From the NCBI GenBank assembly GCA_964470015.1, contig CAYYBK010000002.1, positions 1-32,929 of the forward strand: a stretch of DNA of 32,929 nucleotides, written 5' to 3'. The notes beneath the pieces are model-generated. The model made no database searches. It was given only the letters and a program-made list of their open reading frames with translations, and was not told where the DNA came from. The stretch is from an uncultured Syntrophales bacterium. GTDB lineage: Bacteria > Desulfobacterota > Syntrophia > Syntrophales > Smithellaceae. The translations under genes were made by a program, and so were the position numbers. Of this stretch, positions 25,252 through 32,929 are shown in pieces; the first letter of the stretch is position 1; every line of letters starts with the position of its first letter.

Positions 25252-26487
25252 ATGGAAACGCCACTTATTGAATTTAAAGATGTCACCAAACGCTTCGGCG
25301 AGCGGACTGTTCTCGACCGCGTTAATTTGCAGATTTACGAGGGGCAGGTGACGACGATTATTGGTTTGAGCGGATCGGGGAAAAGTGTAATGCTCAAACA
25401 TATCATCGGGCTTCTAACACCGGACGAAGGCACTATTTTGTTCCGCGGGCGGCCGATTACGGGCTTGAAAAGAGCCGAAATGACGGCGCTTTTTTCGCAA
25501 ATCAGTTACATGTTTCAGGGCAATGCGCTGTTTGATTCGCTCAATGTCTATGATAACATCGCCCTGCCGCTCATCGAGACGACAAATCTCAAAAAAGCGG
25601 AAATCGACCGCCGGGTGATGGCGCGGATCGAGCAAACGGAGCTCACGGAGGCTGTTTCCAAATATCCTTCCGAGCTCTCCGGTGGCATGCAGAAGAGAGT
25701 TGCCTTGGCCCGCGCGCTCATTACCGATCCGCAGATAGTGCTTTTTGACGAACCGACGACCGGTCAGGATCCCGTCCGCAAGAACGCCATTTTAAGCATG
25801 ATCGCGCAATACCAGCGGAAATTAAATTTTACCGCGGTTCTCGTGAGTCATGAGATACCGGACGTGTATTTCATTTCCAACCGCATTCTTGCCCTGTACG
25901 ACCGCCGGATTGTTTTTCAGGGAACGCCAGAGGAACTGGAAAATTTCGACCACCCGTTTATGGATGAAGTCATCAGTTCTCTGGAAACGCTGCAGAAGGA
26001 GTTGACCGGCCTGTATTCGCGGCGTCAGTTTAAAATGCTCAATCACGTGCAAATGAAGCGGCGATCGGTCGGGGAATCGTATTGCATCGTAGCGTTCAAA
26101 TTGCATGAGTCTCCCCGCGCTGCCGGCTTCGATGCGGTGCAGGAGGCCATAAGGATTTTCGGGTTGTATATTGACAGGCAGTTTGCCGTGATCGGCGGAT
26201 TTTCCACCCGCCGGAACAGCAACGAAATTATCACGATGCTTCCCTATTCCAATTTTGCCGAAACGCAAAGTGTCATGGAGAATTTCATCAGTGATTTTGA
26301 TCGGCGGACAATCGGTCGGGATAATACGGAAAAATCGGATGCGGACAAATCTGTTGAATTGACGGTGGTTGCCGGCATTGCCGAAGGGGGTGTGGAAAGC
26401 GAAATTGACGCGGTAATTGCGCGGGCAAAATCTCAGCAAAAAAACATCGGGCGGATCCATTACGTCGCCGGGAGAGTGAAAATATGA
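25252..26487 (+). CDS. mlaF: MlaF-type ABC ATPase fused to a C-terminal degenerate GGDEF-like domain
   Basis: 411 aa. Residues 1-240 form the ABC domain: Walker A GLSGSGKS, signature LSGGMQKRVALARAL, Walker B VLFDEPTTGQD, and H-loop VSHE. Residues about 250-405 read like a GGDEF fold with the catalytic motif lost (details in the findings). Confidence 0.9.
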   Translation: METPLIEFKDVTKRFGERTVLDRVNLQIYEGQVTTIIGLSGSGKSVMLKHIIGLLTPDEGTILFRGRPITGLKRAEMTALFSQISYMFQGNALFDSLNVYDNIALPLIETTNLKKAEIDRRVMARIEQTELTEAVSKYPSELSGGMQKRVALARALITDPQIVLFDEPTTGQDPVRKNAILSMIAQYQRKLNFTAVLVSHEIPDVYFISNRILALYDRRIVFQGTPEELENFDHPFMDEVISSLETLQKELTGLYSRRQFKMLNHVQMKRRSVGESYCIVAFKLHESPRAAGFDAVQEAIRIFGLYIDRQFAVIGGFSTRRNSNEIITMLPYSNFAETQSVMENFISDFDRRTIGRDNTEKSDADKSVELTVVAGIAEGGVESEIDAVIARAKSQQKNIGRIHYVAGRVKI

Positions 26488-26966
26488 AAAAATACACCAT
26501 GGAAACCATTGTTGGCGTCTTTGTTGTTTTCGGGCTTATCTGTGTCGGATATATGACGGTGAAACTCGGCAAACTAAATATTTTCGGCAACGACTACTAT
26601 CCGCTTATTGCCAAGTTTAGCACGGTCACCGGTTTGCGCACGGGTAATCCGGTCAATATTCTCGGCATTGATGTAGGACGCGTGGAGCGCATCACCATGG
26701 ACCAGGAAAGCCAGCAGGCGGTTGTGGAAATCCGGGTGCGCAAAGATATTAAAATATATGATGATGCCATTGCCTCCATTAAGACCGAGGGATTGATCGG
26801 CGATAAGTATCTCAGTATTGATCCGGGCGGCGGCGGTACTCAGCTGAAGCCCAACGGAGTAATTACCGAAACCCAGGCGCCTGTTGATATTACGGAACTG
26901 ATCAGTAAGTATGCTTTCGGAGAGGTAAAAAGCGGCGGTGCAAAAGCGCAGGAGAAACAAAAATGA
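26484..26966 (+). CDS. mlaD: MlaD (MCE-domain phospholipid-binding protein)
   Basis: 160 aa. N-terminal anchor helix (ETIVGVFVVFGLICVGYMTV), then the MCE domain (GLRTGNPVNILGIDVGRVERI...SIKTEGLIGDKYLSIDPGG). Its start overlaps the mlaF stop in ATGA. Confidence 0.9.
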   Translation: MKKYTMETIVGVFVVFGLICVGYMTVKLGKLNIFGNDYYPLIAKFSTVTGLRTGNPVNILGIDVGRVERITMDQESQQAVVEIRVRKDIKIYDDAIASIKTEGLIGDKYLSIDPGGGGTQLKPNGVITETQAPVDITELISKYAFGEVKSGGAKAQEKQK

Positions 26967-27559
26967 AAAAATTACGGACGGAATTAGTTCTGTTATTGGT
27001 TTTATTTATTTTTTCCACAACGGCCTATGCCGGCGTGCCGCTGGAGACGGTGCAGGCGAATGTAAACAAGGTATTGGACGTACTGCGGGATCCGCAGCTT
27101 AAAGCCGCGTCGGCGAAAGAAATGAAAAAAGATAAGTTGCGTATTATTTATAAAGAGATGTTCAATGAATTGGAGTTTTCACGGCGCACCCTGGCCCGCA
27201 ACTGGAATAAACTGAATCCCGCGCAGCAAAATGAATTTATCCGGCTCTTTGAGCAGGTGCTGGAAAAAACTTATGTGGATAAAATTTTTACTTATACCGA
27301 CGAAAAAATCGAATTTTACAAAGAAAACATGATTTCAGAAAGCCAGGCCGAGATTCAAACCAAAATTATCACTTCTTCGGCGGAAATTCCTATTTTCTAT
27401 AGGATGATCAAAAAAGAAAATGTCTGGAAAGTATATGATGTCGTGGTGGAAAACGTGAGCCTGGTGCAGAATTACCGCACCCAGTTCAATGATATTTTGA
27501 ATAAGAATACGCCGGAGCAGCTGCTGGATATTTTGCGGAAAAAGGTTAAGGAACAGTAG
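26963..27559 (+). CDS. mlaC: MlaC / Ttg2D-type periplasmic phospholipid-binding protein
   Basis: 198 aa. Signal peptide LVLLLVLFIFSTTAYA. Size and position (ATGA overlap with mlaD) fit MlaC, as does the family-like FSRRTLARNWNKL...QQNEFIRLFE segment. Confidence 0.78.
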   Translation: MKKLRTELVLLLVLFIFSTTAYAGVPLETVQANVNKVLDVLRDPQLKAASAKEMKKDKLRIIYKEMFNELEFSRRTLARNWNKLNPAQQNEFIRLFEQVLEKTYVDKIFTYTDEKIEFYKENMISESQAEIQTKIITSSAEIPIFYRMIKKENVWKVYDVVVENVSLVQNYRTQFNDILNKNTPEQLLDILRKKVKEQ

Positions 27560-27642
27560 GCGGATATCCGCTGATTATCAATATGGCAAAGGTGGGCGGA
27601 AGATCCGTTTAGCGGCAAAGCCCGGCCGCCGAAACATTGCGA

Positions 27643-28521
27643 ATGAGAATTATTGGCATCATGAGAAGTTTTGTCCGTCCGGTATTGGCTTTAATTTTTT
27701 TTATGGTGATTTATGCCGGTGGTTTGGAATATGCCGCGGCTGAACTTTTAGCCGAAGCGGCGGTTGCGCAGCAACAGGCATCAGCCGGTGCGAAGGTGCT
27801 GTCCGCCGGCTCACCGGCCATAACTGCCGATTTCGAGAATGAAAGCGATTTTGAAGAATATTTTGCGGACGGGCCGGAGGAACAGGCGACAACAATTGCC
27901 GATCCGCTGGAGCCGTTCAACCGCGCCATGTATCACTTCAACGATAAGTTGTATTTCTGGATGCTCAAACCTGTTGCCCAGGGTTACAGTAAGGCTGTTC
28001 CCGAACCGGCGCGGCTGAGCGTGAGAAATTTCTTTTCCAATCTCGGATTTCCGATCCGTTTTCTCAGTTGTCTCATCCAGGCTGATCTGAGCGGTGCTGT
28101 TACGGAAGCGGGACGGTTCGGCATCAATACAGTGTGGGGCATCGGCGGACTTCTGGATCCGGCGGCCGGCAAGGAACTGGATCTGCAAAAACAGGATACC
28201 GACCTGGGCTTGGCGCTGGCGTCTTATGGGGTTGGCCACGGCTTTTACATCGTCTGGCCGGGGCTGGGTCCGTCCAGCCCGCGGGATTCGCTGAATATCG
28301 CCGGGGAATATTTCCTGTCTCCCGTATCCTACATAACGCCCTGGTATTGGAGTGCGGGCACGAGGGGAATGGAAGCAGTGAATGCCACATCGCTGCACAT
28401 CGGAGATTATGAGGCGCTGAAACAGGCGGCGATCGATCCCTACATCGCCATGCGCGATGCCTATATTCAATACCGGCTGAAGAAGATTAAAGGAAAGGTC
28501 ATAAAACCGCCCGCTCCTTAA
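27643..28521 (+). CDS. mlaA: MlaA / VacJ family protein
   Basis: DPLEPFNRAMYHFND...ARLSVRNFFSNLGFP...GRFGINTVWGIGGLLD...YGVGHGFYIVWPGLGPSSPRD is collinear with E. coli MlaA. The start is ambiguous (TTG 27637, ATG 27643, ATG 27661). I see no lipobox cysteine after the hydrophobic leader. Confidence 0.88.
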   Translation: MRIIGIMRSFVRPVLALIFFMVIYAGGLEYAAAELLAEAAVAQQQASAGAKVLSAGSPAITADFENESDFEEYFADGPEEQATTIADPLEPFNRAMYHFNDKLYFWMLKPVAQGYSKAVPEPARLSVRNFFSNLGFPIRFLSCLIQADLSGAVTEAGRFGINTVWGIGGLLDPAAGKELDLQKQDTDLGLALASYGVGHGFYIVWPGLGPSSPRDSLNIAGEYFLSPVSYITPWYWSAGTRGMEAVNATSLHIGDYEALKQAAIDPYIAMRDAYIQYRLKKIKGKVIKPPAP

Positions 28522-28568
28522 AGATGAATGATTTTTCCGGTGAAAAGCAGAAAGCAGAGGAATGATAA

Positions 28569-29354
28569 TTGCCTGTAAAGATTTTCATAAGCGCATTGGC
28601 CGTAATGTTGATTTTGTCCGGCAGCACCACGGCGGCAGCCGCCGTGTTGTTTGGCCCGCCGCAAACTGTTTCCCGGGAGGCAGGCGGCCTCAACACAGCC
28701 ATCGGATACTGGTACCGTGAAACAAAGTTGGAAAACAGCGTGGAGCATGTTTTCCGTCAAAACGAGATTTATTCCCAGGTTTCTTACGGCAGCGGCGACC
28801 GCTGGGAACTATACGGGCGGCTCGGTGTGGCGGATTTGCAAATCTCGGATGCTTTTAGTTCCGGCAATGCGGCTACAATAACATCCGGTAATGACTTTCA
28901 GGAAAACTGGAAATTTTTCGGCACACTGGGTGCTAAATGGTTTTTACCGATCAATAAGATATTCGGCGTCGGTGCTTTTATCCAGGGTACCTATTACTTT
29001 AATAACTTTACCGGCGACGTTGCCGGTACCGCCGCCGGCACCCCCTTTGCGGCCGATCTCAAAGTGCGCGATATGTGGGATGTCAATTTCGGCCTTGGCT
29101 TGCAGACCGTTGTTAACGATGCCATCAAGCTGTATGCCGGACCTTATCTGCATTATGCAGAAGCCAAATTAAATCTTTCCGCCGATATTACCGGCATTGA
29201 ATTTGGAACTACGGCCGCCCGGCTGAAAAACAATTCATCTTGCGGAGGCTTTATTGGCGCCGATATGCCGCTGGGCAAGGGATTTCGCCTGAATATCGAA
29301 GGACAATATGCGGAGCAGTTTTCGCTGGGGGCGGCGATAAGTTATACCTATTAA
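28569..29354 (+). CDS. Putative outer-membrane beta-barrel protein
   Basis: 261 aa from a TTG start with GAGGAA upstream. Signal peptide ...LILSGSTTAAAA. The alternating hydrophobic pattern and Gly/aromatic-rich strands suggest a barrel. The C-terminal beta-signal ends in aromatic residues (GAAISYTY). No specific family assigned. Confidence 0.62.
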   Translation: MPVKIFISALAVMLILSGSTTAAAAVLFGPPQTVSREAGGLNTAIGYWYRETKLENSVEHVFRQNEIYSQVSYGSGDRWELYGRLGVADLQISDAFSSGNAATITSGNDFQENWKFFGTLGAKWFLPINKIFGVGAFIQGTYYFNNFTGDVAGTAAGTPFAADLKVRDMWDVNFGLGLQTVVNDAIKLYAGPYLHYAEAKLNLSADITGIEFGTTAARLKNNSSCGGFIGADMPLGKGFRLNIEGQYAEQFSLGAAISYTY

Positions 29355-29446
29355 TGATGAAGCAGTTTTTCATCCGGGGAGGCACAATTTCCGATCTTCC
29401 TTGATCAAATATTCAGCCGATGAGTAACGCCGGCGGGATTACTGGA

Positions 29447-31402
29447 TCATACATCCCAGATAAAGATGACGCCGCTTGTGGGAAAAATCCATTCCTTATC
29501 GGAAACATTAATTTCAATTGATTTGCCCCTGGTGCGGATCACGGACGGCGCAGGATGGCGCCCCGCAAAAAAGCTTTCCACGCGCACATTTTTCAAGGCA
29601 GCTTGCTCATAGTTGAAATTTATATCCACACCCCGCGTCGGATAAACCAGATAAACAGGAAAGATGTTGTTGTTTTTTGCTTTTTTGGTGACGATTTCAA
29701 TTTCTATCTTTACTTCCGAATTGATTTTTTTCTTTAGCTTTTCGTCCCCGCACCATACTTCATATCCGCGATTGGTTATTTTTGCGGCGGTAATGGGAAT
29801 ATCTTCATCATCAATGCGTACGCGCTCCACGTGGAAATCCCGTTCCATGACGAGTTCTTCCCCGCCGCCCAGGAGCCAGCGGTATTCGCAGCGCTGGTCT
29901 TCCAAAAGAGCCGACAGCTGCTGATTGTTCAGGGCGCAGCCGATCATGAAAACACTGTTTCTGATGGTTTTTCTGTATTCGATGTGCGCATTCACCTGAA
30001 AATAGGCGCCGGCGCGCGGCGTTGTTTTGGGAGCATCGGTCAACTGGGCGATTTTTATATCGTAGCGGAAGCCGGAACGCAATTCCAGCTGTCGGTCCTC
30101 TTTGCCGAACAGGGTTTCGAACATTTCGTAATAAATGGCGTCGCCCAGTTCTTCGTTACGGGTGCGTGCCTGGAAACAATGTCTGATTATGCTGTCAATG
30201 CGGGCGAGCGATCTTTCCTCGCCGGGAATGAAAATGCGCCGCAGCCTGGGCTCAACGGCGTCGGTTTTTCCCTTTTGCAGAAAAACACGGGGGGCGCGCT
30301 TGCCCAGAGCGCACAGCACTTCATAGCTGATCGTTTTTGCCTTGGCGGCAATTTCGTTGGCGCTGATATATTCGCTTCCCTGTTTACCTAGAAGAACGAC
30401 TTCATCTCCTACGGCACAGTCCGGTATGTGCGTGACGTCGAGTGTGCACAGATCCATGGAAATGCGTCCGACCACCGGCGCCCGCCTTCCCCTGATTAAC
30501 GCTTCTCCCTGATTGGAGAGAACAAGACCATAGCCATCGCCGTAACCGACGGGAATGGTGGCGATGCGGGTGTCCCTTTTGGTTATATAAGTGCTGTTGT
30601 AACCGATACCGTAACCGGGCGGGAAATCCTTGATCAAAACGACGGTTGTTTTGAACGACATGACCGGGGCAAGCTTAGCCCTGACGGCGGTGGCGGGGGA
30701 GGGATAAATACCGTAAGTCATAATCCCGGGCCGCACCATATCCAAATTGAATTGCGGATAATTTAAAATGCCGCCGCTGTTATCCATGTGACGGAGGGGG
30801 ATTTTGATATTTCTTCTTTCCAGCTCCGCGAGTAAATCGGCAAACAGTCGCCACTGCTGCTCGTTATAGGGAACGGATATTTCACTTGACGCCAGATGCG
30901 TAAAAATTCCCGCAAGCGTAATGCCGGGCAGCGTCAAAACGTCGCTGATCAGCTGCAGGGCCTCGCTGTGCATGGTGCCGCCGCGTCCCATGCCGGTATC
31001 GACTTCAATGTGCACGTCTATGTTGCCGCCCGCCCGGTGCACTGCTTTTTGCAGTTTCCGGATGAAGCCCGAATCGGAAACCGACGGTGTCAGATTATAT
31101 TTGATGATTTCTTCCATTTCCGACTCGGTGGAAGGGCCGAGAATGACGACGGGAGCTTCTATGCCGCTGACGCGCAACTGCACGCCTTCATCGGCATTGG
31201 CGACGCCCAGCATCCGGGCGCCGTTTTTCAAGGCAACGTTCGATATTTCGATGGCGCCGTGACCATAAGCATCGGCTTTTACCGCCTGCATGAAATCAAC
31301 ATGCGGTCCGATCAATCTTTTTATTTCTTTTAAATTTCCGATAAAATTGTCGAGATCAACTTCGACCCAGCTGCGATATTTCTGCTCTTTTTTTAATCCC
31401 AT
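29447..31402 (-). CDS. alr: Alanine racemase fused to an uncharacterised C-terminal domain of about 270 aa
   Basis: 651 aa. Residues 1 to about 377 are a complete Alr, with the PLP-lysine motif AVKADAYGHGA, then VDTGMGRGG, PVGYGDGY, and the end of the beta domain ISYEVLCALGKRAPRVF. Residues about 378-651 have no motif I can name. Confidence 0.9.
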   Translation of the reverse strand: MGLKKEQKYRSWVEVDLDNFIGNLKEIKRLIGPHVDFMQAVKADAYGHGAIEISNVALKNGARMLGVANADEGVQLRVSGIEAPVVILGPSTESEMEEIIKYNLTPSVSDSGFIRKLQKAVHRAGGNIDVHIEVDTGMGRGGTMHSEALQLISDVLTLPGITLAGIFTHLASSEISVPYNEQQWRLFADLLAELERRNIKIPLRHMDNSGGILNYPQFNLDMVRPGIMTYGIYPSPATAVRAKLAPVMSFKTTVVLIKDFPPGYGIGYNSTYITKRDTRIATIPVGYGDGYGLVLSNQGEALIRGRRAPVVGRISMDLCTLDVTHIPDCAVGDEVVLLGKQGSEYISANEIAAKAKTISYEVLCALGKRAPRVFLQKGKTDAVEPRLRRIFIPGEERSLARIDSIIRHCFQARTRNEELGDAIYYEMFETLFGKEDRQLELRSGFRYDIKIAQLTDAPKTTPRAGAYFQVNAHIEYRKTIRNSVFMIGCALNNQQLSALLEDQRCEYRWLLGGGEELVMERDFHVERVRIDDEDIPITAAKITNRGYEVWCGDEKLKKKINSEVKIEIEIVTKKAKNNNIFPVYLVYPTRGVDINFNYEQAALKNVRVESFFAGRHPAPSVIRTRGKSIEINVSDKEWIFPTSGVIFIWDV

Positions 31403-31424
31403 TTTTCCCTTTAGCCGGAGATTG

Positions 31425-32929
31425 CTATTTCCTGGTCATTGTAAAAACACCGTCCCAAGGTTCCGGCGGCGGATTTTCCTGCAAGTTTTTACAACGCTCA
31501 ATATATAATTGAGAAGCCGCGTCTTCCGGTTTGATTTTCATGGCTTCCCGGAAGGCGGCAATTGCTTCATCCCACTTGGCGGCCCGATAAAGCGCCAGCC
31601 CTTCTTCAAATTTGCTGATAAACTCTTTCCATCTGCCTTCGTCTTTCTTTTCACCCAGCAGTTCATAGATCTTGACGGGCAGTTTCTTGCCTTTGACGCG
31701 CACCCAATCCAGCTCACGGCAGCACATCGCATCTTTGACTACATTGTATGTAAATTCACTGAAGATGATGTTGGAGCCGTATTCCTTGTTGATTCCTTCA
31801 AGCCGCGAACCGAGGTTGACCATATCGCCCATAACCGTATAGTCAAAGCGCATCTGCGAGCCCATATTGCCGACGACCATGTCGCCGCTGTTGATGCCGA
31901 TGCCGATGTTCAGCGGCGGTTTGCCTTCCTCCTGCCATTTCTTCTGCAGTCTGTGCAGTTCCGCCATCATATCCAAAGCCGTAAGACAGGCGCGCTTGGC
32001 ATGATCGGGTTGATCCAGCGGTGCGCCGAAAACGGCCATGATCGCGTCACCCATATATTTATCCAGTGTCCCGTCGTACTTGAAAACAATGTCGGTCATG
32101 GCGGTAAGGTATTCATTCAGCAAATGAACCAGCTCCTCCGGACTGAGTTTCTCCGAAATAGTCGTAAATCCGCGAATATCGGAAAACAAAACCGACAAGT
32201 CTTTCTTGTCGCCGCCGAGTTTCAATTTCGAAGGGTCCTTGAGCATCTCATTGATAACGGATGCCGTCAGATAATATTGAAACGCACCGCGGATTTTTTT
32301 CTTTTCCCGTTCTTCCGTAATATAGCGGTAGACGGTGATGCCCAGATAGATGACAAGCATGGTCAGTGCCGGGTAGATAAGGTTCAGCCATACATTGTAG
32401 CCGGAAAAAATGAACATGTTGAAGGCCACAAAAACGATAAGGAGGATAATGGCGAAAATAATTCCCGTTACTGCGCGCAGCCGGGGGATGATCAGACCCA
32501 TCAATAATCCGAAAATGATGATTGCACAAAGATCGATGAATCTGGTGAAACTGGAATGCAATAAAAAATTGGAATGCAGGATGTTGTCGATTACGGTAGC
32601 GTGAATTTCCACACCGGGATAAGTGGCGCCGAAAGGGGTTACCCGCAGATAATAAATACCGATGGCGGTGGCTCCGACAAGAACGATCTTATTGCGGAAT
32701 GTCTCGGCGGGAATTCTTCCCTTCATGATGTCGGAAACTGAGTAGTGGGGGAAAGTTTTTGCCGGGCCCATGTAGTTGACCAAAAGCCTTCCTGCTTCAT
32801 CCGTAGGGATGTGTATGTCGCCGATCTTTACGCTTTCCGCTCCATATCCCGCCAAAGATAGGGAAAACGGCGGCCAGTCCAGGTATTGTTGCAGGATGGA
32901 CAGGGGAAGCGATGAATAATAGTTATTGC
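31425..32929 (-). CDS. CHASE2-domain class III adenylate/guanylate cyclase with a C-terminal TPR-like tail, 5'-truncated by the window edge
   Basis: The frame stays open upstream of the track start (a TTG at 32855) to the window end (...NNYYSSLPLSILQQYLDWPPFSLSLAGYG...). It has the end of a periplasmic CHASE2 segment, three hydrophobic helices, and a cyclase homology domain (LSVLFSDIRGFTTISE, LDKYMGDAIMAVFGAP, IGINSGDMVVGNMGS, YTVMGDMVNLGSRLEG). The C-terminus is TPR-like (ALYRAAKWDEAIAAFREAMKIKPED). Confidence 0.88.
   Translation of the reverse strand, partial: NNYYSSLPLSILQQYLDWPPFSLSLAGYGAESVKIGDIHIPTDEAGRLLVNYMGPAKTFPHYSVSDIMKGRIPAETFRNKIVLVGATAIGIYYLRVTPFGATYPGVEIHATVIDNILHSNFLLHSSFTRFIDLCAIIIFGLLMGLIIPRLRAVTGIIFAIILLIVFVAFNMFIFSGYNVWLNLIYPALTMLVIYLGITVYRYITEEREKKKIRGAFQYYLTASVINEMLKDPSKLKLGGDKKDLSVLFSDIRGFTTISEKLSPEELVHLLNEYLTAMTDIVFKYDGTLDKYMGDAIMAVFGAPLDQPDHAKRACLTALDMMAELHRLQKKWQEEGKPPLNIGIGINSGDMVVGNMGSQMRFDYTVMGDMVNLGSRLEGINKEYGSNIIFSEFTYNVVKDAMCCRELDWVRVKGKKLPVKIYELLGEKKDEGRWKEFISKFEEGLALYRAAKWDEAIAAFREAMKIKPEDAASQLYIERCKNLQENPPPEPWDGVFTMTRK

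Noticed and set aside
25822-26460. 212-aa minus-strand ORF opposite the mlaF C-terminal domain
   Set aside because: I considered whether the GGDEF-like region is really a separate gene on the other strand. The plus frame is continuous with the ABC domain and shows ordered GGDEF-fold motifs. The minus frame is Arg/Phe-rich with no motifs.
31509-32507. 332-aa plus-strand ORF
   Set aside because: It lies antisense to the cyclase homology domain, whose motifs are unambiguous on the minus strand.
1-32929. CRISPR arrays, IS elements, integrases and toxin-antitoxin pairs anywhere in the window
   Set aside because: I found no regularly spaced 25-40 bp direct repeats, no terminal inverted repeats flanking a transposase-like ORF, and no recombinase motifs. 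Visual inspection cannot rule out short or degenerate elements.

Overview
This is a 32.9 kb chromosomal segment, about 50-60% G+C by hand spot counts, from a diderm bacterium. The diderm call rests on the kdsB, hldD and Mla genes. A selenocysteine-containing SelD suggests an anaerobe of the Desulfobacterota type, but that is inference only. Most of the window is tightly packed housekeeping and cell-envelope genes. On the minus strand: serS followed by two tRNA-Ser genes, murJ, yggU/yggT, an alpha/beta hydrolase, kdsB-hldD, pgeF-rluD, selA behind a HemN-like radical SAM gene, suhB, thrC, and an FmdB zinc ribbon with an HExxH protein. On the plus strand: proC, def, rodZ, selD, a DHH phosphoesterase, a GalT-like HIT transferase, ddl, and an mlaE-F-D-C-A operon followed by a beta-barrel OMP gene. 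The right end carries a long alanine racemase fusion and a CHASE2 adenylate/guanylate cyclase that runs off the window. I saw no CRISPR array, rRNA, transposase or integrase. Points worth a second look, in window order: (1) The left 830 bp is about 30% G+C. It ends a truncated unknown gene against the 3' end of tRNA-Ser(GCT), which looks like the edge of an integrated island lying mostly outside the window. (2) An unexplained 415 bp gap holds a signal-peptide ORF reachable only by a -1 shift at a UUUUUUC heptamer. (3) A 35-codon TatA-like micro-ORF lacks the membrane helix. (4) A frameshifted hydrolase sits in an AT-rich patch. (5) selD has an in-frame UGA plus a SECIS-like hairpin that the ORF track misses, and it is followed closely by an overlapping DHH / GalT-like gene pair. 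(6) MlaF carries a C-terminal degenerate GGDEF-like domain, and the operon has no MlaB. (7) Alanine racemase carries an unassigned C-terminal domain of about 270 aa and sits 22 nt downstream of the cyclase. I cannot point to a complete, clearly novel multi-gene system. The candidates are ranked in the findings. All calls come from reading the translations and the DNA by eye; no searches were run.
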